From: Macrostomum hystrix
Taxonomy: Eukaryota; Animalia; Platyhelminthes
DNA: 64,000 nt
NCBI GenBank assembly: GCA_950097015.1
Contig: CATNEN010000037.1
Span: forward strand, 2,232,001-2,296,000
Reading direction: 5' to 3'
Shown: one piece after another, positions 11,955-23,430 of the stretch
Layout of the letters: each line of letters begins with the position of its first letter
How positions within the stretch are numbered: position 1 is the stretch's first letter
Position numbers and translations under genes: made by a program
The notes under the pieces: model-generated
The model's input: only the letters and a program-made list of their open reading frames with translations
Told to the model about the DNA's origin: nothing
Databases searched by the model: none

Positions 11955-12200
11955 GAGAGATAGGGAGAGGGGGGAGAGAGATAGGGAGAGGGGGAGAGAG
12001 ATAGGGAGAGAGGGAGAGAGATAGGGAGAGAGGGAGAGAGATAGGGAGAGAGGGAGAGAGATAGGGAGAGGGGGAGAGAGATAGGGAGAGAGGGAGAGAG
12101 ATAGGGAGAGAGGAAGAGAGATAGGGAGAGGGGGAGAGAGATAGGGAGAGAGGGAGAGAGATAGGGAGAGGGGGAGAGATATAGGGAGAGAGGGAGAGAC
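11955..12200. repeat. 18-bp GA-rich minisatellite (GAGAGAGATAGGGAGAGG)n
   Basis: Tandem units. Confidence 0.92.
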
Positions 12201-12810
12201 CGTGAGACAGAATTACAAACAGACAGATAGAGATACGGAGAGACAGTCACTTTATATCGCATTGTTTGATCATTTAGAGATGCAATGCACAGAACTAGCA
12301 AAAAATGATGCCTCAACTAAGCGAAATAAAAATCTAACAAGCTCTCACGCGGGCAGCTGTGAACTGGTAGATTAATTAAAATGTAAAACACTAGAACGAT
12401 AAATCGATCGTCAAAAAGAGATTTGCGTGAAATCGTCCCAAAAAAATCACAAAATAACAAGCAAAAAAACCTAAATATCCCAATAGCGTGCCTAAAAGAC
12501 CGACGCAAATGAATTTGATACCTCTGAGACTCATGAGCAGTCCCATCCCAGCTGTTAATCCCTTGTGGCTGTCAAATGCATAGACCCAAACCCTTTAATC
12601 CGAAAATCTGACACCATAGATGCACACTTGAGGTCCAATAGTAAAGTGTCGGATTCAGCTAGGAAGGCCGCCGTGTAAACATTTTACTGAAGGATATGCG
12701 TCAATAGATCGTTTCTGTCGGCTTTTTTACTGCCGAAAGTATTTTAAAAAATGATTCGTTGTACTTAGTAACTAATTTAAGTCCTGGGTTGACGACTCTT
12801 AGGCTACATC

Positions 12811-13167
12811 GAACATGCGCGACGGTCGCCTAATAGGCAACTCCGAACATGTTCTTTGAAATTAATAAGGCTAATTAATATTTAAACTTAAAACTTTGAC
12901 TTAAAAAAAATATATGAAAATTATATATTTCAGTATTTTTCTATAAATTCTATCTAAATCAATATAACTTTTCTAGTACCTGGAATGAGTTTTTGAAAGC
13001 GCAGATCAACTTTCTGGTGCTGCAGCAGTGTATCACATATATCACATATTTATTAATCTATAAATAAATATTTTTTACATTACGAAGCCTTATAAATTAA
13101 AAAGAACATGTTCTCGGAACAAATAACATGTTCTGATTTGCCCATTAGGCAACCGTCGCGCATGTTC
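12811..13167. mobile_element. MITE-like element with 43-bp terminal inverted repeats
   Basis: Left GAACATGCGCGACGGTCGCCTAATAGGCAACTCCGAACATGTT matches the reverse complement of 13125-13167 at 39/43. AT-rich noncoding interior. Confidence 0.8.
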
Positions 13168-14189
13168 CATTACCGTTTCTTAGACCCTATCTCTGTCAAC
13201 ACGGGTGTTTAAGTCCTGGGTTGCGAGAAGAAAGTCTCGATTTGATAATTACTGAACAATTGTTGAAATAATTTTTAGATTGCTGTTATTTTAAATCTGT
13301 AAAGTGCACAACAATTCATTTATATTTATATATTGGCTTTGTTTGAGTGCTATTGTTTACGTCACTATAGATTAAAGATAAAAAATTATCGTGAATAAAA
13401 AACGTAAATTGAAAGATAGCAAGGCATCGTTATAGTCTATTGATCAAATAAAATAAGTCATATTATTCTTTACTTTAAAAAATCTAGTAATTATAATACA
13501 CTTCTAATAAGTATGAATTTCGCACTTTATACCCTAAAAAGTTCGAACACAAATTTATTATTTGTTTTTTTTTTACTTTCATTTGATTTTATTTACTTAC
13601 TTTTATTTACCTATATGTTTTAAAGTTTTTAAGTATGACCATTTATTATATGTTAGTAAATTTATTTTACAAGTATAGCTACATGTATTAGAAATGGCAC
13701 GCATTTGAACCAACAGAGATTCCAGGAAAGCCGAATAATTATAAAAATCGATCGGTGTCAGGATTGACGAATGATTAAGTGTAAGATTTCAACGTGCTGT
13801 CACATCGGCATACCCAATTAATTGGATAAATATTGCATTTCTAGCTACTCAACAAACCCTGTAAGTTGATTGACTGACAGTCGCGAAGTGAAGCCATGAA
13901 ATCGAGTCAGCTGAGTTGGCTCCCAAATCAGCACAATTCCCTTCTTAAGCAGTTTTCTTGGACATGTCAATTTCGGTCGGCCTCTGCACATCAGCAATCT
14001 TTGGGTGAGATAAACAGACTCTGTAAAGTGCCCTGGTGGGAAACAGTCAGGCAGGAGATAAGAATTATTGTCAGGCATAAATTTGTGCCCTAAATCAATA
14101 CAACAGTTCCATTCTTTACGGTTATATTTCACCGCCGCCCCTGTAGCTATTAGAGCTCTCTAAAAAACTTATAAAAGTATAGCACAGCC

Positions 14190-14235
14190 ATGAAGTACTG
14201 CCTTGTTATCCTTGCGTTTATCTTCGCCATTTCAG
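14190..14235 (+). CDS. Nested secreted orphan protein, exon 1 (signal peptide MKYCLVILAFIFAIS-G)
   Basis: GCCATG start, hydrophobic signal peptide, phase-1 donor GTAAGT at 14236. Confidence 0.8.
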
Positions 14236-14750
14236 GTAAGTTTTCCCATTTTATATCTGACCATCCAGAACTTCACAGAAAGTTAACCAATTTTAGTAAT
14301 TAGTAGATAGTGATAAATTAAACATATTTTCCGTACAGACCACGTATGAGAGCTAAAACTCAGTGTTTAATGACTGAGAGATTTGGGAGGATGTGGTGAC
14401 TAAAAGATTAAAATATCCTCTCATCTATCTAGCAGGGAAATATATTTGGGACATGCTTTTGTCACCTAAATTTTCCTGCAGCAAAAGGATAATGAAAGTG
14501 GGGCAAAAGAAACTTGCACCGCTAGCTGATTGTATTAGTTCAGTGGAACTGGGAAGGGCCTCCCAACAGCGGGGATTCCTGGAAAAGTACATTTCGAAGA
14601 AATGGGCCAAACGAAAAAAGGGATTCAACAGATGGTAGTGTGGCGCGTGTCCCGTAGGAAATTTCAGAATGGGTAAAAGAAAACCGTAGAAAATGGGATA
14701 TGAAAGAAGGAAAAAAACAGATTCCGAATTCCCGAAATTCCTCTGACAAG

Positions 14751-15361
14751 GCGCCAGCGCCTCCGAGTCGCACGAGACACTGCGCAATGTCCTCAAGAAG
14801 GCCATCGCCACCCTGGACGCTGTCGATCGTCTAATCGAGGAGCGGCGCAATTCCAGCAGCGTCATCGGCCGCATCGTTGGCCAGGGCTACGAGTTCTTCT
14901 CACAGTCATCCAGCCTGACCAAGGTCAACGGCCTCAAGGCCGAGTTCTTCGACCGTTTCGTCGATCTGACCGTGCCCCGGTTCGGCGTGCCACCGGCCGA
15001 CCAGGCCGAGATCAAGGAGAAGGTCTTCGGCCAGCTCAAGCTGACGGAGCCGGGCAAGTGGGTTGAGCACAAGATGCTCTTCAATCCGACCTCGGACCCG
15101 GAGAACACCAAGTACATCTGCATCTACGGCTTCGTTAGGCCCGACAAGAACTTCGATCTAGTGCTGCTGGAGGTGAAGGCTTCATTCAAACTGGCTCGCG
15201 ATGTTCTCATCATTCACAACAAGCTCACCGGCAAGATCACGCTGGAGAAGGAGAAGCTGGAAACCGAGCGCCTTCCTAGCGATGTCGATAAGCAGGACGT
15301 GCAGGTGGTGCTGAAATTCTTTGAGGCCACGGCCCTGCGCATTCTGAGCAGTAAGATCTGA
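14751..15361 (+). CDS. Nested secreted orphan protein, exon 2 (218 aa total); no recognised domain
   Basis: Acceptor AG at 14749-14750, phase 1 (GGC). The frame is open for over 200 codons with strong C/G third-position bias, ending at TGA 15359-15361. AATAAA at 15416. Confidence 0.88.
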
Positions 15362-15415
15362 GCAGCCAGAGCTGCAAATATACTCAAGGACAAAGCGTCA
15401 TTATTCAGATAGCAG

Positions 15416-15421
15416 AATAAA
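15416..15421 (+). terminator. Polyadenylation signal AATAAA of the nested gene
   Basis: 55 nt after the stop codon. Confidence 0.6.
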
Positions 15422-15599
15422 AACTGAGTTGAAACTCCATCTGGCCCGATTGTGCAATAGAAACTGTCTACGCCTTTGTCCTTTTCTTTCCAGACTGAAT
15501 ACATACAGGTAGGCAGACACATTAGAAATATTTGAGTTACAGTACAGCTGAAGTTAGTGAGAGTCGGGTAATAAATAGACGGTAGGATAATAAATAATG

Positions 15600-16655
15600 A
15601 GAGAGACATATAGAGACAGGGAGATTGATAGAGACAGAGGGAGATTGATAGAGACAGAGAGAGATTGATAGAGACAGAGAGAGATTGATAGAGACAGGTG
15701 GGGATTGAAGGAGGCAGATGGAGATTGATAGAAACAAAGGGAGATTGATACAGACAGGTGGGAATTGATAGAGGCAGATGGAGATTAATAGAGACAGATG
15801 GAGATTGATAGAGACTGATGGAGATTGATAGAAACAAAGGGAGATTGATAGAGACAAAGGGAGATTGATAGAGACAAATCGAGATTGATAAAGGCAGGTG
15901 GATATAGACTGATAGAGACTGATGGAGATTGATAGAGACAGATGGAGATTGTCTCCAGATGGAGATTGATAGATACTGATGGAGATTGATAGAGACTGAT
16001 GGAGATTGATAGATACTGATGGAGATTGATAGAGACTGATGGAGATTGATAGAGACAGATGGAGATTGATAGATACTGATGGAGATTGATAGAGACTGAT
16101 GGAGATTGATAGATACTGATGGAGATTGATAGAGACAGATGGATATTGATAGAGACAGATGGAGATTGATAGAGACAGATGGAGATTGATAGAGACAGAT
16201 GGAGATTGATAGAGACAGATGGAGATTGATAGAGACAGATGGAGATTGATAGAGACTGATGGAGATTGATAGAGACTGATGGAGATTGATAGAGACAGAT
16301 GGAGATTGATAGAGACAGATGGAGATTGATAGATACTGATGGAGATTGATAGAGACAGATGGATATTGATAGATACTGATGGAGATTGATAGATACTGAT
16401 GGAGATTGATAGATACTGATGGAGATTGATAGAGACAAATCGAGATTGATAAAGGCAGGTGGAGATTGATAGAGACAGAGAGAGATTGATAGAGACAGAT
16501 GGAGATTGATAGAGACAGATGGAGATTGATAGAGACAAAGGAAGATTGATAGAGACAGATGGAGATTGATAGAGACAGATGGAGATTGATAGAGACAGAT
16601 GGAGATTAATAGAGACAGAGGGAGATTGATAGAGACAGAGAGATATTGATATAGA
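15600..16655. repeat. 20-bp minisatellite (GGAGATTGATAGAGACAGAT)n
   Basis: Tandem units; the same family recurs at 18630-19045. Confidence 0.96.
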
Positions 16656-17601
16656 GTCAGGTGGAGCCTTTGAACATCCGTTATTAAATACTCGTGCTTT
16701 AAGGCCATAGATTCAGGGATTTGGGGGCACAGGTTCTGCTAGTAAGGCGATGACGGACACAAAGTGTAGGTAATATTTGTGATTAATAAAGCAGATTAAT
16801 TGCAGGGACACTAATTTTAGACGATTAATTGCGAGTAGTGTGACACTCCGCTGGTCATGACAGCTCACAGGCAACTAATTTTCTCAACATTGCGTAGGTG
16901 GTAATGCTTAATGGAAAACACTGTTTTGCCTACTGACGACTATGAGATGGGGAAAAGTTGTTGTCAACTAAACTAAGCTTTTAGGGGACTGTACACGCGA
17001 TGAAAGTAGGTCAAAATGAAGCCTATTTTTGCACTAAGTACATATTCTACCGTCCCAGCCTTGCAGAACTTGCAGAGGTCGGGAGTTCGATTTTAAAGCC
17101 TAAGAGAGATTTTTTCAATTGACTAGAAGTGCAGAGGAAACTTTTACTGAAATCGAACAGCCGGCAAGAAATTCCTATCTCTGCCTAAACCCTTGTCTAG
17201 CTAGTGGCATGCCCCCCCCACTGATCCAAAAATTGTTTGAGCAGCGTTGCGATTCGACCCCCCCCCCAAACCGTCAGCTCATCCCTTCCCAAGCTCCTGA
17301 TCTCAAGGCTGAGATGCTCACTGAATTATGGATTCAGCTGGGCTAAACAAGCCCCCCAAACTATAATGAAAACTGGCTGCAGCTGTGAGAGCAATTACTT
17401 GGCTACAGAATGTGGTCTGGGTGAAAGGCGGTAGACTTGACACACCGGGCGGTTAAGGAAAAAATATGCATATGCGATTGCTTGGCAGTTTGTGGCAGTG
17501 AGCCGGCCCACAATGTTAATCCCATTTCGGATTTATTCCCCAAAACCTATCAGGCCTAAGCCAAGCGCCATGCCTCACTGAAACAATAATTTTACGGCTC
17601 A

Positions 17602-18000
<399 letters not shown>

Positions 18001-18629
18001 ACAACGCAGGCAACTTATAAAGACAAAAGAATGCACTGACAGTATGAAAATAAACCAACTGGAACAATCCTATGCCCTTCATCTACCCATCTGGCCTATT
18101 CTGACAATGGTGAAAGTCAGTAAACACAAACATTGCTTGGGACTGGTTGGGTTAGTGAAAGGCAATGGACCCTCTACTTAGCAGGGTGTGCCGTGCATAT
18201 TAATAATGTCCGTCTATTTGCTTTTCAATGGGTTCGCAGTTTTGCGTTCAGAAGCTACGCGCTCATGCCCCATAGTATAGAAATACAAAGGTAGAAATAT
18301 TTTTCTTGTGGATTAAAGTTTTAGAAGCTGTCTACGTGAATATCACTCAGAGTCAACAATGTTCTAGAAAATCTTTGTTGACTTGGATAATTAAGCAAGC
18401 TTGTTGGCGAAACAGAATGAGAGAAAATTCGATTACAATCTAAAGTCATTTAAAGACGTTCTAAAGAATTTATTTGGTGTTTAGCCGTACTCGGATGCAA
18501 ATGGATTTATGAACTATGATATAATTTACTGTGGAGATACAGAACAGCTGCTATTAGTGAGCTGTGTATCTGAGGGGCATTGTATTCAGGTAATAAGGAG
18601 AGAGTGGGGAAATAAATAATGAGAGAGAC

Positions 18630-19045
18630 AGATAGGTGGAGATTGATAGAGACAGGTGGAGATTGATAAGATTAATAGAGATTGGTGGAGATTGATAGAG
18701 ACAGGTGGAGATTGTTAGAGACGGGTGGAGATTGATAAGATTAATAGAGATTGGTGGAGATTGATAGAGACAGGTGGAGATTGATAAGATTAATAGAGAT
18801 TGGTGGAGATTGATAGAGACAGGTGGAGATTGTTAGAGACGGGTGGAGATTGATAAGATTAATAGAGATTGGTGGAGATTGATAGAGACAGGTGGAGATT
18901 GATAGAGACAGGTGGAGATTGATAGAGACGGGTGGAGATTGATAAGACTAATCGAGACAGGTGGAGATTGATAGAGACGGGTGGAGATTGATAAGATTAA
19001 TAGATATTGGTGGAGATTGATAGCGACAAGTGGATATTGATAGAG
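18630..19045. repeat. GGAGATTGATAGAGACAGGT-family minisatellite with AAGATTAAT variants
   Basis: Tandem units. Confidence 0.9.
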
Positions 19046-19069
19046 ATACTCGTAGTAAGATATAAAGAG

Positions 19070-19430
19070 GGATGGAGAGAGATGGAGAGAGGAGAGATGG
19101 AGAGAGGAGAGATGGAGAGAGGAGAGATGGAGAGAGGAGAGATGGAGAGAGGAGAGATGGAGAGAGGAGAGATGGAGAGAGGAGAGATGGAGAGAGGAGA
19201 GATGGAGAGAGGAGAGATGGAGAGAGGAGAGATGGAGAGAGGAGAGATGGAGAGAGGAGAGATGGAGAGAGGAGAGATGGAGAGAGGAGAGATGGAGAGA
19301 GGAGAGATGGAGAGAGGAGAGATGGAGAGAGGAGAGATGGAGAGAGGAGAGATGGAGAGAGGAGAGATGGAGAGAGGAGAGATGGAGAGAGGAGAGATGG
19401 AGAGAGGAGAGATGGAGAGAGGAGAGAGAG
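19070..19430. repeat. Perfect 15-bp minisatellite (GGAGAGATGGAGAGA)n
   Basis: Exact repetition; gives the ERGEM/RRDGE pseudo-ORFs. Confidence 0.98.
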
Positions 19431-20207
19431 GAGGATAAAAAAACAGAGGGCCAGACGAAGAGAGGTTGATGGTGCAGCTGGGTGAGAATTCGCATTTCTA
19501 ATAGTACAACAACAATTAGAATTTTTGTCGTTCAAGAAATCAAGGAAATTGGTCGACTAAATGCATGTTCAAGCTTTACAAATGCATACAAAATTTGGTC
19601 GCAAACTAATTGCAACCTTGAGAAAAAAGTAGACGATTGCAAAAGTACAAGCTTCATGAGAAGGAAACTTCAGTACCTCTATGGAGTCTAGAGACATTAA
19701 AGTGGAGCTTGAATTAGGAAACATTAGACAGAAGTAGTATACGAGTAAATACTAGAAGGGATGCAAGATAGTAAGGTTCAGCAATAGTTCCGAAATTAAA
19801 GAATTATTAAGAGAATGTCCACCAGTAAGAGATCAACCGACAATGTGCCCCCGGAGACAACAAAGTTAAACTGATCGACCAGTCAGCAGCAGCAGCAGCA
19901 GTCCCAGAGGCCAAAGGCTTATGCAGTCCTTATCCTGCACTGTTACAATCTTTCAGCAGTCGTCAATCGATACCCAGGGGAAGCATAACACTGTAGCATA
20001 GAGTGTTGGGACGTCCTGCACATAATTTAGTTCCTACTCTATAGCCTAATGTGCAGTGGACATGCCAGCAGCACTTATGACACTAAACTGAGAACTTTGC
20101 ATACTTGGCTGTCCAGACGCATTTCCGAGTGTACTATTGCTCAGTTCTTAGAGAGAGCTCTAGAGAGAGATCGAACACAGATTAGTGGAAAACAGAGGCT
20201 AGAAGAA

Positions 20208-20900
20208 AAGTGAGAGAGAGATGGCAGAGAGACGAGAGAGATGGCAGAGAAACTAGAGAGATGGCAGAGAGAAACCAGAGAGATGGCAGAGAGACGAGAG
20301 AGATGGCAGAGAAACTAGAGAGATGGCAGAGAGAAAAGAGAGAGATGGCAGAGAGAAAGGAGAGAGGTGGCAGAGAGAAGCGAGAGAGATGGCAGGGAGA
20401 AACGAGAGAGATGGCAGAGAGAAACGAGAGAGATGTCAGGGAGAGACGAGAGAGATGGCAGAGAGAGACGAGAGAGATGGCAGAGAGAAACGAGAGAGAT
20501 GGCAGGGAGAAACGAGAGAGATGGCAGAGAGACGAGAGAGATGGCAGAGAAACTAGAGAGATGGCAGAGAAATGAGAGAGATGGCAGGGAGAGACGAGAG
20601 AGATGGCAGAGAGAAACGAGAGAGATGGCAGAGAGAAACGAGAGAGATGGCAGAGAGAAACGAGAGAGATGGCAGAGAGAAACGAGAGAGATGGCAGAGA
20701 GAAACGAGAGAGATGGCAGGGAGAAACGAGAGAGATGGCAGAGAGAAACGAGAGAGATGGCAGAGAGAAACGAGAGAGATGGCAGAGAGAAACGAGATAG
20801 ATGGCAGAGAGAAACGAGAGAGATGGCAGAGAGAAACGAGAGAGATGGCAGAGAGAAATGAGAGAGATGGCAGAGAGAAACGAGAGAGATGGCAGAGAGA
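20208..20900. repeat. 22-bp minisatellite (GAGAGAAACGAGAGAGATGGCA)n
   Basis: Tandem units. Confidence 0.96.
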
Positions 20901-21852
20901 AGTGTATTACTCATAGTGAAGTCACTATTCACTGATAGTGAATCCAGATAGAATAAGACAGAACAGAATGCTTCTAAGAAAAGTATCGTTAATTTGATGC
21001 TAGTAACAAAAGTTTATGATTTGTGAATAACTTTACAGCTTAGAAAGATACAACTTAAAAGATACAGAGAGAGAGAGAGAGATAAAGAGAGAGAGTGAGA
21101 GACAGAAGTTAGATGGGATCCTATGGCAGACTCCAGTCCTGGATGGCGGCCGCTATCAGTCGACCCGTGTGTCCTGTACACCACATCGATGACCTATGGG
21201 AGCTGGGCAGATTGAAATCCCTCTATAGCAGTTGGGTTCCCCAAGACCAAAGTGTGTGGGAATATTATTTTTCTTTTCTTGCAACGGAGGGCCGGTAAAG
21301 CGGGGTTAAATGGAGGAATGCAGTCGCGGCCGCTAACGAGGTCTGATATATAGAAAGCGGTTCAGATAATAAAAATGAATAACGAAGTAAGAAGCGAAGA
21401 ATCGACAACCAACTAAGAACGAGTGCCAATCTTGAAATAATTTGTAATTCTTCTTTTAAAAGTATCATCGATTGCAGTCCATTTAGAGTTGCACCTTTAC
21501 CTGATTCGGCTAATTGGGAGACGGGAAAAGTACAAAATTCTGTAGAGCAGAGAATCGAAAGAGGCAGTTCCCACGCCATTGGGAGGAAGTGATCGTGGCG
21601 GAGCGGTAGAGTTTGATTTTATATCCATTAAAAATTTAGACACAGTCGTTATTACGAGTATCGGAGCTTTTTTCAGGGAGACAGAGATAGAGAATCTGCG
21701 AGCTGAAAGGCTTCCCTTGTATGCAATGTCCCTAGAGACACACGCTCGGCCAGCTCCCTGTGCAATCCAATCTATATTCAAGTAGTTTATTTTAATTCAC
21801 TACTCTCTTCTCTCCAGTGGCTCACGAACTGCGCTGTGATGACACTGCTGAG

Positions 21853-21853
<1 letters not shown>

Positions 21854-21920
<67 letters not shown>

Positions 21921-21921
21921 T
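21854..21921. repeat. (TATC)n microsatellite
   Basis: Perfect run. Confidence 0.97.
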
Positions 21922-22014
21922 GAGACGCCTTTTAAACCCATTGACTCTAATTGACTCTAAAATTTGATTATTAACCTTGTAACTCGTTTTAAAATTTATT
22001 TTCGTTTTTTTCAA

Positions 22015-22058
22015 TAATACCCTGACGAAGGCCAAACTTTGGCCGAAATATTGGTAAT
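22015..22058 (+). ncRNA. Minimal (Penelope-type) hammerhead ribozyme-like motif
   Basis: TACC-CTGACGA-A-GGCCAA(ACT)TTGGCC-GAAA-TATT-GGTA: stem I TACC/GGTA, 6-bp stem II, palindromic stem III region. Confidence 0.65.
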
Positions 22059-22130
22059 TTAATAGTCAACTTTTTTGTTTCTTAATCAGCAAGCAACTGC
22101 CTGAACTGCGTGCGTGGCCTATGTTCTTCA

Positions 22131-22210
22131 TTATCTATCTATCTAACTATCTATCTATCTATCTATCTATCTAACTATCTATCTAACTATCTATCTAACT
22201 ATCTATCTAA

Positions 22211-22253
<43 letters not shown>

Positions 22254-22274
22254 ACTATCTAACTATCTATCTAA

Positions 22275-22328
<54 letters not shown>

Positions 22329-22329
22329 C
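22131..22329. repeat. (TATC)n/(TAAC) microsatellite abutting the PRKX exon 1 donor
   Basis: The run starts 5 nt into the intron (GTGAGTGAGATAGATAG on the minus strand). Confidence 0.97.
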
Positions 22330-22335
22330 ACTCAC

Positions 22336-22975
22336 CCAGATACTCCGGAGTGCCGCACATTGTGTAGGTGCGATCTTTCAACACCTTGGCAAAGCCAAAG
22401 TCGGTGATCTTCAAATGACCCTGCGCATCCAGCAGCAGATTCTCTGGCTTTAGATCGCGGTACACAACCGACAGGTCATGCAGGTAGATAATTGCTGTCA
22501 GAATCTCCGACGTGTAGAACAGCGCGGTGGAATTCGAGAATGAGCCGGCCGTTCTCAGATAGGAGAAAATTTCGCCGCCGCAGACAAACTCGAAGATCAT
22601 GTAGAGAAATTTCACGTCGTGATTTGTCCAGAATAAGCGCACTAGAAACGGGTGATTGACCATCTTCAGGATGGCCTTCTCGTTCTTTACGTGCTCAACC
22701 TGCTTCAGCCGCATCACGTCCTCGATGATGAGGATTTTCAGGGCGAAGTACTCGCCGGATGTCTTCTCCCGGATGACCATGACACGGCCGAAGGTCCCCG
22801 TGCCGACTGTGCGCAGGAGTTCAGCTTGGCGCAAGGAGAACTTCTGCCAGTCGACGGCCGACTGGGTTCCGGCGATTCCCGGATGCTGCTGCTGCTGCTG
22901 CTGCTGCAGGCTCATCTGAGACACCGCACCAGAAATTTGGTCGACTCCATTCTGGCCTGAGCCGCCTTCGGCCAT
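22336..22975 (-). CDS. PRKX: PRKX-like cAMP-dependent protein kinase catalytic subunit, exon 1 (362 aa total)
   Basis: ATG 22975, Q7 tract, GTGTFGRV, ALK, RLKQVEHVKNEK, YRDLKPEN, DFG, CGTPEYL. Phase-1 donor GTGAGT at 22335 joins exon 2 to give YL-A-PE. Confidence 0.96.
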
Positions 22976-23137
22976 GGATGTGATCTGCTTCGTGTCTTTA
23001 CAAGATTGCAGCCTTGCTGGCGGCCGTCTGGGGTTCGATTCGACCTTTCTGGAGGCTGCCCTGAGATTGAATACTTGGCTGGGCTCGCGGCCCCAACTGG
23101 AAATAGAAGATTGTTTATTTTGTGATTTTGGTTTCCA

Positions 23138-23430
23138 TGGGATAGATTAGCAATCCATTCTATTCCTTCATCCATTGGATAGATTAGCAATCCATTCTAT
23201 TCCTTCATCCATTGGATAGATTAGCAATCCATTCTACTCCTTCATCCATTGGATAGATTAGCAATCCATTCTATTCCTTCATCCATTGGATAGATTAGCA
23301 ATCCATTCTATTCCTTCATCCATTGGATAGATTAGCAATCCATTCTATTCCTTCATCCATTGGATAGATTAGCAATCCATTCTATTCCTTCATCCATGGG
23401 ATAGATTAGCAATCCATTCTATTCCTTTAT
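23138..23430. repeat. 37-bp tandem repeat (GGATAGATTAGCAATCCATTCTATTCCTTCATCCATT)n, ~8 copies, upstream of PRKX
   Basis: Period 37; internal TGGAT...ATCCA inverted motif. Confidence 0.95.

Noticed and set aside
14170-14177. TATAAAAG as TATA box of the nested gene
   Set aside because: Only 12 nt before the ATG, too close for a canonical TSS upstream of the start codon.
21113-21785. Cluster of short ORFs inside the PRKX intron
   Set aside because: No recognisable motifs, splice pattern or codon bias.
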